This document shows positions 1 through 9,706 of a stretch of 64,000 nucleotides of DNA, one piece after another. A program made the position numbers and the translations under genes. Under the pieces are notes generated by a model that was given only the letters and a program-made list of their open reading frames with translations, was not told where the DNA came from and searched no databases. Origin of the DNA: a virus. The stretch is from positions 87,682-151,681 of the IMG/VR virus record IMGVR_UViG_3300046171_000193; one strand, written 5' to 3'. Each line of letters starts with the position of its first letter. Within the stretch, counting starts at the first letter, position 1.

Positions 1-1
1 A

Positions 2-829
2 GTACAATTTGAAATCTGGGGACCGGGTGCTTCTACTACTTGGGGATCTTGTTGCGCATTTAGCCCCAATGGTATAACTGGTGCATACTTGTCTCAAATT
101 ATTTGTGTCTCTCCAGGTGATACATTTTGTCTTCAATCAGGATGTGCTATTTGCTGTTATGCAAAAGGCTGTGAAGGTGGTTATCCAGCTAGTAATATAG
201 GAACTCATAGTGCGGTATACGGTTGTACTACTGCAACAGGCTCGGCTGTTTGTATGTGTATGTGTGCAATGAGCGGATATTCTAATCTGGCATGTGAAAT
301 GGTAGAACGTGATGGTTGTTGTGGTGCTTGGACTCAAGGATACTGCAGAGGCTATTGGAATTCTGGTAATTGTCTATGCACTCAAGGTCACTGGATGTGC
401 TTTGAGAACAGCCGAGGAATGTTCGGTTATGAAGGCCACCAAGGACAAGGTGGCTACTGTCAATGTACAATGCCCTATATGCCTTCTAGATGTACAGTTG
501 CATATACATCAATTAACACCGGTTCTTGGAATGACATTAGAGTGCCTAACACTTGTTTTACAGTTCCTGGTATCCTTTCAAAAGGATTTTTTAGTAACGA
601 CAACTACGGAAATGCGTGTTCTCAAGGTACTCCTAAATTCCCATGTATTCAATGTGATTGCTTTACTTCACAAACATGTTGGGGTGGACAGGCCTGCCAA
701 AACTGTTGTGGCTATAGGCGAATTCCAGGTGCAGGTGGGGCGGTGAACCACGCAATGGGTGGTGGTACTGCTTGGTGTGGTGATATTGGCCGCGGCGGCG
801 CAGTATACTTACGATGGGGTTGCATATAA
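2..829 (+). CDS. Cys/Gly-rich protein, 5'-truncated by the window (probable virion/tail-associated)
   Basis: Frame is open from base 2 (VQFEIWGPGASTTWGSCC...). Shares VQFxxWGPG, GxTGAY/F, CAxCCY and C-terminal PGxGG...GDxGRxGAV motifs with 1740..2936. Confidence 0.7.
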   Translation, partial: VQFEIWGPGASTTWGSCCAFSPNGITGAYLSQIICVSPGDTFCLQSGCAICCYAKGCEGGYPASNIGTHSAVYGCTTATGSAVCMCMCAMSGYSNLACEMVERDGCCGAWTQGYCRGYWNSGNCLCTQGHWMCFENSRGMFGYEGHQGQGGYCQCTMPYMPSRCTVAYTSINTGSWNDIRVPNTCFTVPGILSKGFFSNDNYGNACSQGTPKFPCIQCDCFTSQTCWGGQACQNCCGYRRIPGAGGAVNHAMGGGTAWCGDIGRGGAVYLRWGCI

Positions 830-835
830 TATGAG

Positions 836-843
836 TATAAATA
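836..843 (+). promoter_or_regulatory. T4-type late promoter (gp55-dependent) TATAAATA
   Basis: Exact TATAAATA in the intergenic gap upstream of ORF 886. Confidence 0.7.
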
Positions 844-885
844 AACAAAACAAACAAATTCTTAATTCTCTAAGAGGGATATAAA

Positions 886-1728
886 ATGCCAATTACTATT
901 ACATATCCAATTCCTGATGAGCCATATGTCAACTCTTGGGATGCAGGTAAAACAACAACTACAGTATATAATGGACCAAACGATGTTACATTGTATGCTA
1001 ATCAAGACGGTTCAGTATTTGCAACTTCGTTCGATATGGATAGCGATGCAGCTCACGCTTTTAATAGCGATCCTGTAGCGGGAGATGGAGCTCCTACTTT
1101 AAATATTAGACTAGATGCTACTTCAGGAAATAAACATGCGGCTGCGTGTTGGATATTAAGACATTTCCATTCACAAGATAGTGAGAATGCTGAGTGTATG
1201 AATATGCCTCATGACGAGATAGAAGAAGATGCGACTCTTGCAGCAGATAATTCTGTAACATATAAAAGAGTGACAAATCCAAATCTTCATAAAGTATATG
1301 AGCTTTTTGTAAGCAAAGACGTCGATTCTAATGGAGATAAATTTGATAATATTCTATTTAGACAGATAACAAGATCTGCAGAATCTCATAACGCTTTCTT
1401 AGCTAAACAGCGATTGCATAATGTTAGGCATTATTATGAAACCTACGATCTTGGTCCAGCAGGTGAATCAGACGCAGCTTCCTATATAACAAGATTAAAT
1501 ACTTATATAGCCGGAGAAGAAGGTAAATGGCCATGGGCATATACAACTCATCCTTCAAGAACTGAAGTTCCTAAAGTTCCGCTAACTGTGGCTACAGCAA
1601 TTACTACTGTAAAACAAAATGAGCTTTTAGACAATTCAGGCGGTGAACTTAATCAATATCCTGGGAATTCACCTTATGAGTTACCTACACCAGCTAATTC
1701 ACCAGAAGTTTTCAAAGATTTTAATTAA
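886..1728 (+). CDS. hypothetical protein between two Cys-rich proteins
   Basis: 280 aa ORF with GAGGGA RBS; no recognisable motif. Confidence 0.6.
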   Translation: MPITITYPIPDEPYVNSWDAGKTTTTVYNGPNDVTLYANQDGSVFATSFDMDSDAAHAFNSDPVAGDGAPTLNIRLDATSGNKHAAACWILRHFHSQDSENAECMNMPHDEIEEDATLAADNSVTYKRVTNPNLHKVYELFVSKDVDSNGDKFDNILFRQITRSAESHNAFLAKQRLHNVRHYYETYDLGPAGESDAASYITRLNTYIAGEEGKWPWAYTTHPSRTEVPKVPLTVATAITTVKQNELLDNSGGELNQYPGNSPYELPTPANSPEVFKDFN

Positions 1729-1739
1729 AGGAATAGAGT

Positions 1740-2936
1740 ATGGCAGACGTATTATATTACGCAGCATTAGATAAGTACTTGTATGCCGATACTCAGTTGG
1801 CCGCGGCGCAAGATCAGGCAACTAGAGCAGTAAATAGATTTAACACTGCTAATAACCAAGTCACCGCTTGCCAAACATGTTTAAACTGCTGCAAATGCTG
1901 TTATTGTTGCGAAGAATACAATAAAGTAAACGCCTCTCAAGGATTAGAGGACTTAACTACTTTAAACACGTGTCTTCGAACTGACTCAATGATAGGTCGA
2001 ACCCAGTATTGTAGAGCTTGGAATTGTATTCCAGATCCTTATGTAGAAGGAGCTAGTGGAATCACAACAATTTGGGTAGCAGATCAAACGGTGGCTAATC
2101 CAGGATGTTGTTGCTGTAGTGGATATTGGAGATGCGGTTTTTGTTGTCAATTTACTGTACCATCTGGCGTGTCAAAAGTTCAGTTTACAGGTTGGGGTCC
2201 AGGTAATAGTAGTGGAGGCATATCCGGTTGCGGCGGTTCTCCATACGGTGGTACTGGTGCATTCTTCACAGTAAATCTACCAGTGACTGCTGGAGAACAA
2301 TATACAGTTTGTGCTGGATGTGCTTATTGCTGCTATGTAGGCCAAAACGACACCTATTACACAAACGGCGGTCCTACGTATATACAGGGCCCTGGCATGT
2401 GTAACGTTTGTGCTAACCCTGGCAGACACAGTTTTATGCAAATTGTTTCATTTCAAGGAGGCACGTCTTGCTGTTGTAGAGCTGCTGCACCTTGGTGTTG
2501 GGATTCAGGTGGATGCTGGTGTCAGTGTTCAACATACTATTGCTTTGATAACTCTTGTGCGTCATGCGGAATGGTTGGTAACGTTTCAAATAGAATGTAT
2601 GCTTATGGATGTTCACCAAGATCGGTTATATATAAAGTTCCTGGACACTGGGGCGGTTGGTGCTATGATACAAACCACTACGGATATACCTTTGAGCCAG
2701 GAGTTCCATTCATGTGTAACTCAAATTATAATGGAACATGTTGCGTAGGATGTTGTTTTGGTTGGTCAAGCGGAACATGTTATGGAAAATGTTGTGCTGC
2801 ATGTTGTACCAACGGATCCGGCTGGAGACGCTGGCCAGGATTAGGTGGAACAATGACTCATACCATGGGTGGTAACGGTAACTGCGGAGACTCTGGAAGA
2901 ATGGGAGCGGTAAGAATCACTTATCAAACCCCTTAA
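1740..2936 (+). CDS. Cys/Gly-rich protein (about 48 Cys in 398 aa), probable virion/tail-associated
   Basis: FTVPSGVSKVQFTGWGPG glycine-rich-domain motif, many CC/CxxCC clusters, late-promoter context. Confidence 0.7.
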   Translation: MADVLYYAALDKYLYADTQLAAAQDQATRAVNRFNTANNQVTACQTCLNCCKCCYCCEEYNKVNASQGLEDLTTLNTCLRTDSMIGRTQYCRAWNCIPDPYVEGASGITTIWVADQTVANPGCCCCSGYWRCGFCCQFTVPSGVSKVQFTGWGPGNSSGGISGCGGSPYGGTGAFFTVNLPVTAGEQYTVCAGCAYCCYVGQNDTYYTNGGPTYIQGPGMCNVCANPGRHSFMQIVSFQGGTSCCCRAAAPWCWDSGGCWCQCSTYYCFDNSCASCGMVGNVSNRMYAYGCSPRSVIYKVPGHWGGWCYDTNHYGYTFEPGVPFMCNSNYNGTCCVGCCFGWSSGTCYGKCCAACCTNGSGWRRWPGLGGTMTHTMGGNGNCGDSGRMGAVRITYQTP

Positions 2937-2944
2937 TAAATAGG

Positions 2945-2973
2945 TGTACAATATGAAATTATTATGGTATAAT
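2945..2973 (+). promoter_or_regulatory. phage early sigma70-type promoter TGTACA-N17-TATAAT with extended -10 TG
   Basis: Same motif recurs upstream of many non-structural genes in the window. Confidence 0.6.
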
Positions 2974-3054
2974 ATTAAAAATTACTTTAAAAGAAGAAGT
3001 AAATTGAAAAAAATGAAAGCGAAAGACCCATTTATTTATGAGTACTACAAATAA
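2953..3054 (+). CDS. small basic hypothetical protein (33 aa, ...KKMKAKDPFIYEYYK)
   Basis: Short ORF read manually; fills the gap and overlaps the next start. Confidence 0.35.
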   Translation: MKLLWYNIKNYFKRRSKLKKMKAKDPFIYEYYK

Positions 3055-3934
3055 CAATAATTTTTGGTTGTTCGGTGATAGTTTTACGGCCGGACAACCA
3101 GAAGATCCTCCTGCAGCTAGTTTAAGCTGGTTTAGGCAAGTTCACGCTAAAATTAATGAAACTACAAGAAAAGATATTGATCTTCATAACTTTTCGGCAA
3201 CTGGCTCTTCTATAGAATATACTTTCAAAAACATATTACAGGCAGTTCCTCATATGCAACCAGGGGATTTTGCTGTTTTTCAATTGACTCAATCCTCGCG
3301 AAGATGGTTTGTAAAAGATCGTCCTGATTGGGGAAACATTCATATGCGTGAAGGATACAATCTTCATGATATAAAACCAATAGTGACAGCAATTGATATG
3401 TATAAAGAGCATCTACAAGATGATCTTAATGATCAAGCTCTTTATCAAAGTTTTATTGGGTTTTGTAATTATATAGCGTCAATAAAACGCTTAAGATATG
3501 TTGTAATTCCTGGATTTCCTGAAGCTCATATTGAAGGAATCCCTGTAATGCCTCATGTAGAAGTTTCCGGAAATCTGACCAAAATATCTACTGAAGAATT
3601 TGGAAGTGATCAAGACGAGCATACCAATTTGTGGAAACAAATTATGATAGAGAAATGGCAAGGATGTGACCAAAGATTAAACCATTTAAGCCCAGAAAAT
3701 CATGAACTAGTTGCATACAGAGTATACGAAACATTAATGACTGGAAAAAGGCTAGATTTAATTTCTGACTTTAAGAAAGATTGCGTAAACTTAGATAACT
3801 GGAAAGAAGTAAATAAGGGTAATATATATAGTCATGTATTATCGATAGACGAAGATGGAAATGTAAGAGATCCTGATGGAGATATCGTAAATACAATGCA
3901 AGCCTCTCATTGGTGGGATGCAATGAAAAAATGA
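3038..3934 (+). CDS. SGNH/GDSL hydrolase-like protein
   Basis: FGDSFT block I, NFSATGSS block II, C-terminal NHLSPENH. Confidence 0.65.
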   Translation: MSTTNNNNFWLFGDSFTAGQPEDPPAASLSWFRQVHAKINETTRKDIDLHNFSATGSSIEYTFKNILQAVPHMQPGDFAVFQLTQSSRRWFVKDRPDWGNIHMREGYNLHDIKPIVTAIDMYKEHLQDDLNDQALYQSFIGFCNYIASIKRLRYVVIPGFPEAHIEGIPVMPHVEVSGNLTKISTEEFGSDQDEHTNLWKQIMIEKWQGCDQRLNHLSPENHELVAYRVYETLMTGKRLDLISDFKKDCVNLDNWKEVNKGNIYSHVLSIDEDGNVRDPDGDIVNTMQASHWWDAMKK

Positions 3935-3953
3935 ATGAACAAGTAACTACTTT

Positions 3954-4874
3954 ATGGAGTATACAATGGATAAAGCCTTCTTCGTTAACGGCGGGGCCGG
4001 AAGAGTTCTATGTGCAATTCCTGCACTAGAAAAACATATCAAAGAAAATCCAGATGCTATTATTATAGCTGAAGCCTGGCCAGAACTTTATCTAATGAGT
4101 CCTACTCTTAGAGATAAATCGTATGTTCCTACAACAAAAAATCTATTTGAAACTTTCTTAGCTAATCGAGAATGTATTAGCCCTGAGCCGTATAGGCTTA
4201 ATGCATATTATACTCAAAAATGTAGTATGTCTCAGGCCTTTGATATACTAATTAACGAACATGATGATATTCCAGAACCTATGGACTTAAATTTAGAGCT
4301 ATCTAAAAGAGATCAGGTATTCGGTTATAATTTTGTTGAAGATGCTAAAAACAATATGCGTAAGAAAAAGTCTATTGTTTTTCAGCCTTTTGGTTCAGGT
4401 GCTACACTTGAGGGAAGATTTATAATTGATTCTACAGGAAGAAGCTTTGAGTTATCTGATGTTCTTTGGTTCATTGATAAACTTAAAGAAGAATATGCTA
4501 TTATTATGATGAGCTCTTTTCCTATTCCAACTGATAAAGATCTAGGAATTATGATGCCTAAAGATTTGGGGCTTATTCAATGGGCAGCAATTGTAAATGC
4601 TACTGATGGATTTTTTGGTTGTGATTCTGTAGGACAACACTTTGCAAATGCTTTAAATAAGCCAGCAACCGTTGTAATTGGAGGAACTAATCCAGAAAGT
4701 ATTAGTTATCCTAATAATAAAGATTTTAATATATTTGATCTTGGTGAAGGAAAAAGAAAATTCTCTCCTATGAGAGTATCTTTTGATCCATCATATGATT
4801 TAAACAATGAAGGTTTAATGATAATGGATGATAAGAAAAAAAATGAAATACTTAATGTAGTGAAGGAATATTAA
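3954..4874 (+). CDS. GT9-like glycosyltransferase (ADP-heptose:LPS heptosyltransferase family)
   Basis: GGAGRVLCAIPAL N-terminus; FFGCDSVGQHFANALNKPATVVIGGT matches the GT9 DSGxxHxAxA...P motif. Confidence 0.7.
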   Translation: MEYTMDKAFFVNGGAGRVLCAIPALEKHIKENPDAIIIAEAWPELYLMSPTLRDKSYVPTTKNLFETFLANRECISPEPYRLNAYYTQKCSMSQAFDILINEHDDIPEPMDLNLELSKRDQVFGYNFVEDAKNNMRKKKSIVFQPFGSGATLEGRFIIDSTGRSFELSDVLWFIDKLKEEYAIIMMSSFPIPTDKDLGIMMPKDLGLIQWAAIVNATDGFFGCDSVGQHFANALNKPATVVIGGTNPESISYPNNKDFNIFDLGEGKRKFSPMRVSFDPSYDLNNEGLMIMDDKKKNEILNVVKEY

Positions 4875-4875
4875 G

Positions 4876-6708
4876 ATGAGTACAGGATATATTTTATCTG
4901 TTACAAGAGGACATAATGGAGGAGCTTGTCTTTTAAAAGATGGAGAAATTGTTTTTCACATAGAAGAAGAAAGGTTAACCCGTCACAAATATGATGGTGG
5001 TCCTTATGCATCTTTAATTAAAACCTTAGAATATACAAATAAGATTGATTATCTTGTTATTGCTCATACTCAGCCATTAGATCAATCTGCTTCAGTAGAC
5101 TTTTCTGGTGATGACGTCTATACAGGATTAGCAAGAAAATTAGGATTAATTGAACGACGGAGAGATACTCGCAATCACCCACAAGTGCTAGACTATTCTC
5201 ACATACACCACAAGCTTCATGCCGCTGCTGCTTTTTATAGATCGGGATGGACTGATGCAGTTGCCGTAATCGTAGATGGGGCAGGTACATTTGCAAATAT
5301 GGAATTTCAAAGCGGTATGGGTCCTAGAGCAGAAATAACATATGAAATTGAAAGCATTATTGATTGTGGATATCCACATAAGTTTGCAAACTTATATAAG
5401 CATCATGGCCATGCTGCTGATATTCCTCCAATGCTGACTCGTAATTTTCAATCTCAAGATGAGCTAGGAACTGACTCTTTTGATATGTTAGTATCTGATC
5501 GTGCAGGTATTACAAAAACATATGAGAGTGTTACGGAATATTGTGGATTTTCGGCGATTGAGGCTGGTAAAACTATGGGCTTAGCTCCGTATGGTAAGCC
5601 TAATCCAGATCTTCCTCCTATGTTTGAACCTGCATATATCGACGGAGAGAATTTTTTCTTAGCAAATCGTGGTAAATTTATACCAACATATCCTAATTCT
5701 GCTATTTATGTTGGTGGAACTAATAGGGTATCAGGTCATAATTTGCATAGACAACAAGGGCAGGATCTTACTACTTTAGAAAATAGAAGAGATGTTGCGT
5801 ATCAAGTTCAGCATGAAACACAGGCTCAAGTGCTTAGATTAATTAAAAAAGCAGTTGATATGTCTGGAAAAACTCAAGTTGTTTTATCTGGAGGATACGG
5901 ATTAAACTGTGTAGCTAATTATGAATATTTAAAAGATTTACAAGAAAAAGGCATTGAATTATATGTTGAACCTATTTCTAGTGATGCTGGTACGTGTATT
6001 GGAGGAGCTCTTCTTTGTTATCATTTAAATACTGCTATTACTGGAGAAGGTCGATATAAATTAACTAGAAGTTGCTATTTAGGTCCAGAACAAAAATATA
6101 ACTTAGATGATGTTAAATCTCTTGTTCCTCAAGATTCAGAGATAAAAGAAAATGTTAAATATTCTGATGTAGTTGATATTATTAAAGATAATACTATTGT
6201 GACTATTTTTCAAGGAAGATCTGAATCTGGTCCAAGGGCATTAGGTAATAGAAGTATATTATATAATCCTGCAGATCCTAATGGCAAAGATCATGTAAAT
6301 CAAGTAAAACGAAGAGAATATTTTAGACCGTTTGCCGGTACAATTCTTGAAGAAGACGTTCATGATTGGTTTGATTTGCGAGGCATGGAATCTAGTCCAC
6401 ATATGATGTATGCCGTAGATTGTAAAGAAGGTGTGGGAGAAAAAATTCCTTCAATTATCCACGTCGACGGAACTTGTAGAATTCAAACTGTAAACGAAGA
6501 ACAAAATCCTCACTATTATAATTTGATAAAAGAGTTTAAAAAACAAACTGGAATTCCAGTAATTTTTAATACATCGTTTAATTTAGGTGGAGAACCTCTT
6601 GTGGAAACATTAGAAGATGCAGTTAATACTCTGGTAAATTCAGCGATTGAACACTTATATTTACCAGAGTTAAATGTTCTAGTTACTATTGCCAATTCAG
6701 AGGATTAG
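4876..6708 (+). CDS. carbamoyltransferase (NodU/CmcH/TobZ family), full length
   Basis: EEERLTRHK, HHKLHA, DGAG, GKTMGLAPYG, SGGYGLNCVAN, GPRALGNRS, KRREYFRPFA, NTSFN motifs. Confidence 0.92.
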   Translation: MSTGYILSVTRGHNGGACLLKDGEIVFHIEEERLTRHKYDGGPYASLIKTLEYTNKIDYLVIAHTQPLDQSASVDFSGDDVYTGLARKLGLIERRRDTRNHPQVLDYSHIHHKLHAAAAFYRSGWTDAVAVIVDGAGTFANMEFQSGMGPRAEITYEIESIIDCGYPHKFANLYKHHGHAADIPPMLTRNFQSQDELGTDSFDMLVSDRAGITKTYESVTEYCGFSAIEAGKTMGLAPYGKPNPDLPPMFEPAYIDGENFFLANRGKFIPTYPNSAIYVGGTNRVSGHNLHRQQGQDLTTLENRRDVAYQVQHETQAQVLRLIKKAVDMSGKTQVVLSGGYGLNCVANYEYLKDLQEKGIELYVEPISSDAGTCIGGALLCYHLNTAITGEGRYKLTRSCYLGPEQKYNLDDVKSLVPQDSEIKENVKYSDVVDIIKDNTIVTIFQGRSESGPRALGNRSILYNPADPNGKDHVNQVKRREYFRPFAGTILEEDVHDWFDLRGMESSPHMMYAVDCKEGVGEKIPSIIHVDGTCRIQTVNEEQNPHYYNLIKEFKKQTGIPVIFNTSFNLGGEPLVETLEDAVNTLVNSAIEHLYLPELNVLVTIANSED

Positions 6709-7633
6709 GATCATCCATATCTAAGTCAGATAAAAATTGAATGATTTCTGTCCAATCAAAATCACCACCTAAGGCTGCCTCTAACATTTTAGGGTTGGCC
6801 TTAGTGTAGTATTGATAATGCGCTTTAAGATTTTCTGGCATTTCTTTTTTATATACACTAAACCCCTTATATTTTGTCATGATATTAGCTAAATGTTCAA
6901 AGCTATAGCATATTCCTGTTCCTACATTATAAATTCCAGAATATGGAAGATCTAACATTCTCCTATGTATTTCACATATATCTTTTACGTGAACAAAATC
7001 CCTAAACATTGATTTGCTATCTTCAAATATTTCCGCTTTATTATCTCTTATCCATTTACTAACGACACTAGCTTGTTCACCCTTATGTTCTTCATGCGGG
7101 CCATACACATTAAAATATCTAAAGCCTTTAATATGGATAGGTATATTAACCCTTAACGTATCTTTTACTAATCTATCAAACATGTATTTAGACCAGGCGT
7201 ATGCATTCTGAGGGTCTGGTAAACCTTCTTCATGCGTACCATCATGATCCATTGGATCAAGTATAGGGTTTCCGCCAGTTTCATAAAGTTCGTCTTGCCT
7301 TGATTTAATTTCATCTAAAGTAAAACCATTCTTTTTTCCATATACCGAAGCTGAAGATGCATATTGAAAATCTACTTTATGTTCTAGACATTGCATCAGA
7401 AGTTTATAACTAAAATTATAATTGTGATCTAATATTAGATCGACATCAGTTTCCGTTGTACTCGAGATAGCTCCTAGATGTATAACTTCATCTATTGAAT
7501 CCATAATTGTTGCATCAGGAATTGCATATGGAGTATTCCATTCTATAGTTTCTATATTATTATTATTAAAGTACTCTACTAGATTTTTTCCAATAAATCC
7601 TTCTGTACCAGTTATTAACACTCTTTTTTTCAT
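6686..7633 (-). CDS. hldD: ADP-L-glycero-D-manno-heptose 6-epimerase
   Basis: ITGTEGFIG, HLGAISSTTE, YASSASVYG, YAWSK, RYFNVYGPHEEHKG, YQYYTKA motifs. Confidence 0.88.
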   Translation of the reverse strand: MKKRVLITGTEGFIGKNLVEYFNNNNIETIEWNTPYAIPDATIMDSIDEVIHLGAISSTTETDVDLILDHNYNFSYKLLMQCLEHKVDFQYASSASVYGKKNGFTLDEIKSRQDELYETGGNPILDPMDHDGTHEEGLPDPQNAYAWSKYMFDRLVKDTLRVNIPIHIKGFRYFNVYGPHEEHKGEQASVVSKWIRDNKAEIFEDSKSMFRDFVHVKDICEIHRRMLDLPYSGIYNVGTGICYSFEHLANIMTKYKGFSVYKKEMPENLKAHYQYYTKANPKMLEAALGGDFDWTEIIQFLSDLDMDDPNPLNWQ

Positions 7634-8499
7634 TGTAATACCTTTATTGATTCTATCCAGTCTTCGCCTGTAATAGTATAAGTTCCGTTATGTGATACTG
7701 CTATACCAGCTAATTTATTTGCGGTTCTTGTTGAGGCTGATATAGACATGCCAGCCTCTGTACCTAAAGCTAATCCTGCCATAAATGTATCTCCTGCACC
7801 AGTCACATCAAATACTTCTTCAACTTCTGATTCATAGTGCTCTATAGTATCTCCGACCAATAACACTCCGTCTTCTCCTAATGTAACAACTAAATGTTCT
7901 AATTCTAAATGATCTCTTGTTAGTTGCGCTTTAGCCATTAACTCCTTTGGTGTCTTACAGACTCCTACATAATCTTCAAATTCTTTTTGGTTTGGCTTTA
8001 AAAGATATGCGCCTTTATAATTATCTAATGATAACTTAGGATCTACTAACACTTTAGCTTTAGCATTTTTTATAAATTCTAAAGGATTTTTTATAGTTCC
8101 TTTATTATAATCTGATAATACAATAAGTCCACTTTCTGCATTCCATAGTTTTAGTATTTTATCTTCTAATTCAGAATTTTGTATATACTCTTCATCATCT
8201 ATCCGAGACATATATCGATTATTTGACATAATTCTAGTTTTTAGAGGTATTTTATTTGTATCAAAAAATGCATGGTAAGGATTAATTGGAAACATGTCTA
8301 AATTAGAATTATCTTTATAACAAGCTAATCTAGCGGTAGAATAGACTTGTACAATATTATTGTATACATTGCCACAACCTCCCCATCGCTTTTCGCGTGA
8401 GGTTAAATCTACAATGGGGACTGGTGCTTCTGGAGAAATGCGAGTTGTAGTACCATAGATATACTCATCTATAATCATATCACCTGTTACATATATCAT
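7630..8499 (-). CDS. hldA: D-glycero-D-manno-heptose-7-phosphate kinase (HldE/RfaE domain I, PfkB family)
   Basis: GDMIIDEY, RISPEAPVP, LSDYNKG, VDPK, KPNQKE, DVTGAGDT. Confidence 0.88.
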   Translation of the reverse strand: MIYVTGDMIIDEYIYGTTTRISPEAPVPIVDLTSREKRWGGCGNVYNNIVQVYSTARLACYKDNSNLDMFPINPYHAFFDTNKIPLKTRIMSNNRYMSRIDDEEYIQNSELEDKILKLWNAESGLIVLSDYNKGTIKNPLEFIKNAKAKVLVDPKLSLDNYKGAYLLKPNQKEFEDYVGVCKTPKELMAKAQLTRDHLELEHLVVTLGEDGVLLVGDTIEHYESEVEEVFDVTGAGDTFMAGLALGTEAGMSISASTRTANKLAGIAVSHNGTYTITGEDWIESIKVLQ

Positions 8500-8506
8500 A
8501 TAAATA
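8499..8506 (+). promoter_or_regulatory. T4-type late promoter TATAAATA upstream of heme oxygenase-pcyX
   Basis: Exact TATAAATA ending 26 nt before the ATG at 8533. Confidence 0.6.
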
Positions 8507-8532
8507 TCTATTTCATAATTAAGGGTTACATT

Positions 8533-9066
8533 ATGGCGTTACGAGACTTAGTTAAAGACGTACACGGCAGAGCCGAAAATAGTCCTTTTGCAAAATTACT
8601 AATGTCAGGAGAAATACCTGAACAGCAGTATGCAAACTATTTATATCAGCAAAAGATCATGTATAGGGGACTTGAAAATCATGCTGATGATTTAGGTATA
8701 TTAAAAGATATTCCTCATATAAAAAGACATGAAAAAATATCTAATGATTTAGATAGTATAAAGTGCATTAAAGATTTTAGAATATACGATGTTACTCAAG
8801 AATACGTTGATTATGTAAAAACTATAGATGAACAACAATGTTGGGCACATATCTATGTTAGACACTTTGGTGACATGTACGGCGGAAACATGATCTCAAA
8901 AAGAATTCCATATGGCTTACATAGTATGTATCAATTCGATGATAAAAAAGAATTAATCGAATATGTTAGAAACAAACTAAGTGAAGACATGGCCGATGAA
9001 GCCAAGAAAGTATTTAAATATGCCACTACATTATTTAGAGAATTAGAGCAAGAATATGATCTTTGA
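8533..9066 (+). CDS. hemO: heme oxygenase
   Basis: HGRAENSPF (proximal His), AHIYVRHFGDMYGG distal helix, DEAKKVF. Confidence 0.9.
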   Translation: MALRDLVKDVHGRAENSPFAKLLMSGEIPEQQYANYLYQQKIMYRGLENHADDLGILKDIPHIKRHEKISNDLDSIKCIKDFRIYDVTQEYVDYVKTIDEQQCWAHIYVRHFGDMYGGNMISKRIPYGLHSMYQFDDKKELIEYVRNKLSEDMADEAKKVFKYATTLFRELEQEYDL

Positions 9067-9706
9067 AAAACTTATAGAAACTAGTGAAAAAATGAGAGAG
9101 CTTTTAGAATCTCTTTCTACTACTAAACATATACACGATTTTCCGTGGCCTGCAACTACATATTATTCTCCTGACATTTGGCGCAGAGCAGACTTAGACA
9201 TTATTGATGCGCGAGAAGATCGAAAACTATGGATGATGCATTTGTGCGTCTATCCACATGTTAACGATCCTGCACCGATTTACGGTTTTGATATTATTGC
9301 TGGACCAAAGAAAGTAACCGGAGCCTTTCACGACTTTAGTCCTATTGATCCTGATAGTCATATATTATCACAGTTTAAAGAGAATGTACACAGTTTTATT
9401 CCATCAAAGAAAAGAGAATTGCCTGATTGGGCAAAGGCTATATTCAGCGGTTCCATGGTTTCAGCTGGTAACGTTAGAGACCCTGACGAATTACAGGAGT
9501 TATTGGATCTTGCTGTCAATAACTTAGAATACTTTGTAAATAATATAGGACTGAGTACTAAAACAAATTATACTCATAAACATAATTGGTATGCAATCAA
9601 TCAGAAGAAAAATCCACATACACCAAGAGTAATGGAAAATATGGGTGTGGCTCCTGATGTAGTTAGGAAATATATAGACGAATGTTTATTTCCTGAGATT
9701 ACTTAA
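9056..9706 (+). CDS. pcyX: ferredoxin-dependent bilin reductase, PcyX-type
   Basis: DAREDRKLWMMHLCVYP, PIYGFDIIAG, GAFHDFSP, RELPDWAKAIFS, QKKNPHT; coupled to heme oxygenase. Confidence 0.82.
   Translation: MIFEKLIETSEKMRELLESLSTTKHIHDFPWPATTYYSPDIWRRADLDIIDAREDRKLWMMHLCVYPHVNDPAPIYGFDIIAGPKKVTGAFHDFSPIDPDSHILSQFKENVHSFIPSKKRELPDWAKAIFSGSMVSAGNVRDPDELQELLDLAVNNLEYFVNNIGLSTKTNYTHKHNWYAINQKKNPHTPRVMENMGVAPDVVRKYIDECLFPEIT

Noticed and set aside
2-2936. RiPP precursors or a diversity-generating retroelement target among the Cys-rich genes
   Set aside because: The proteins are large, similarity between them is at protein-motif level only, and no reverse transcriptase or template repeat is visible in the window.
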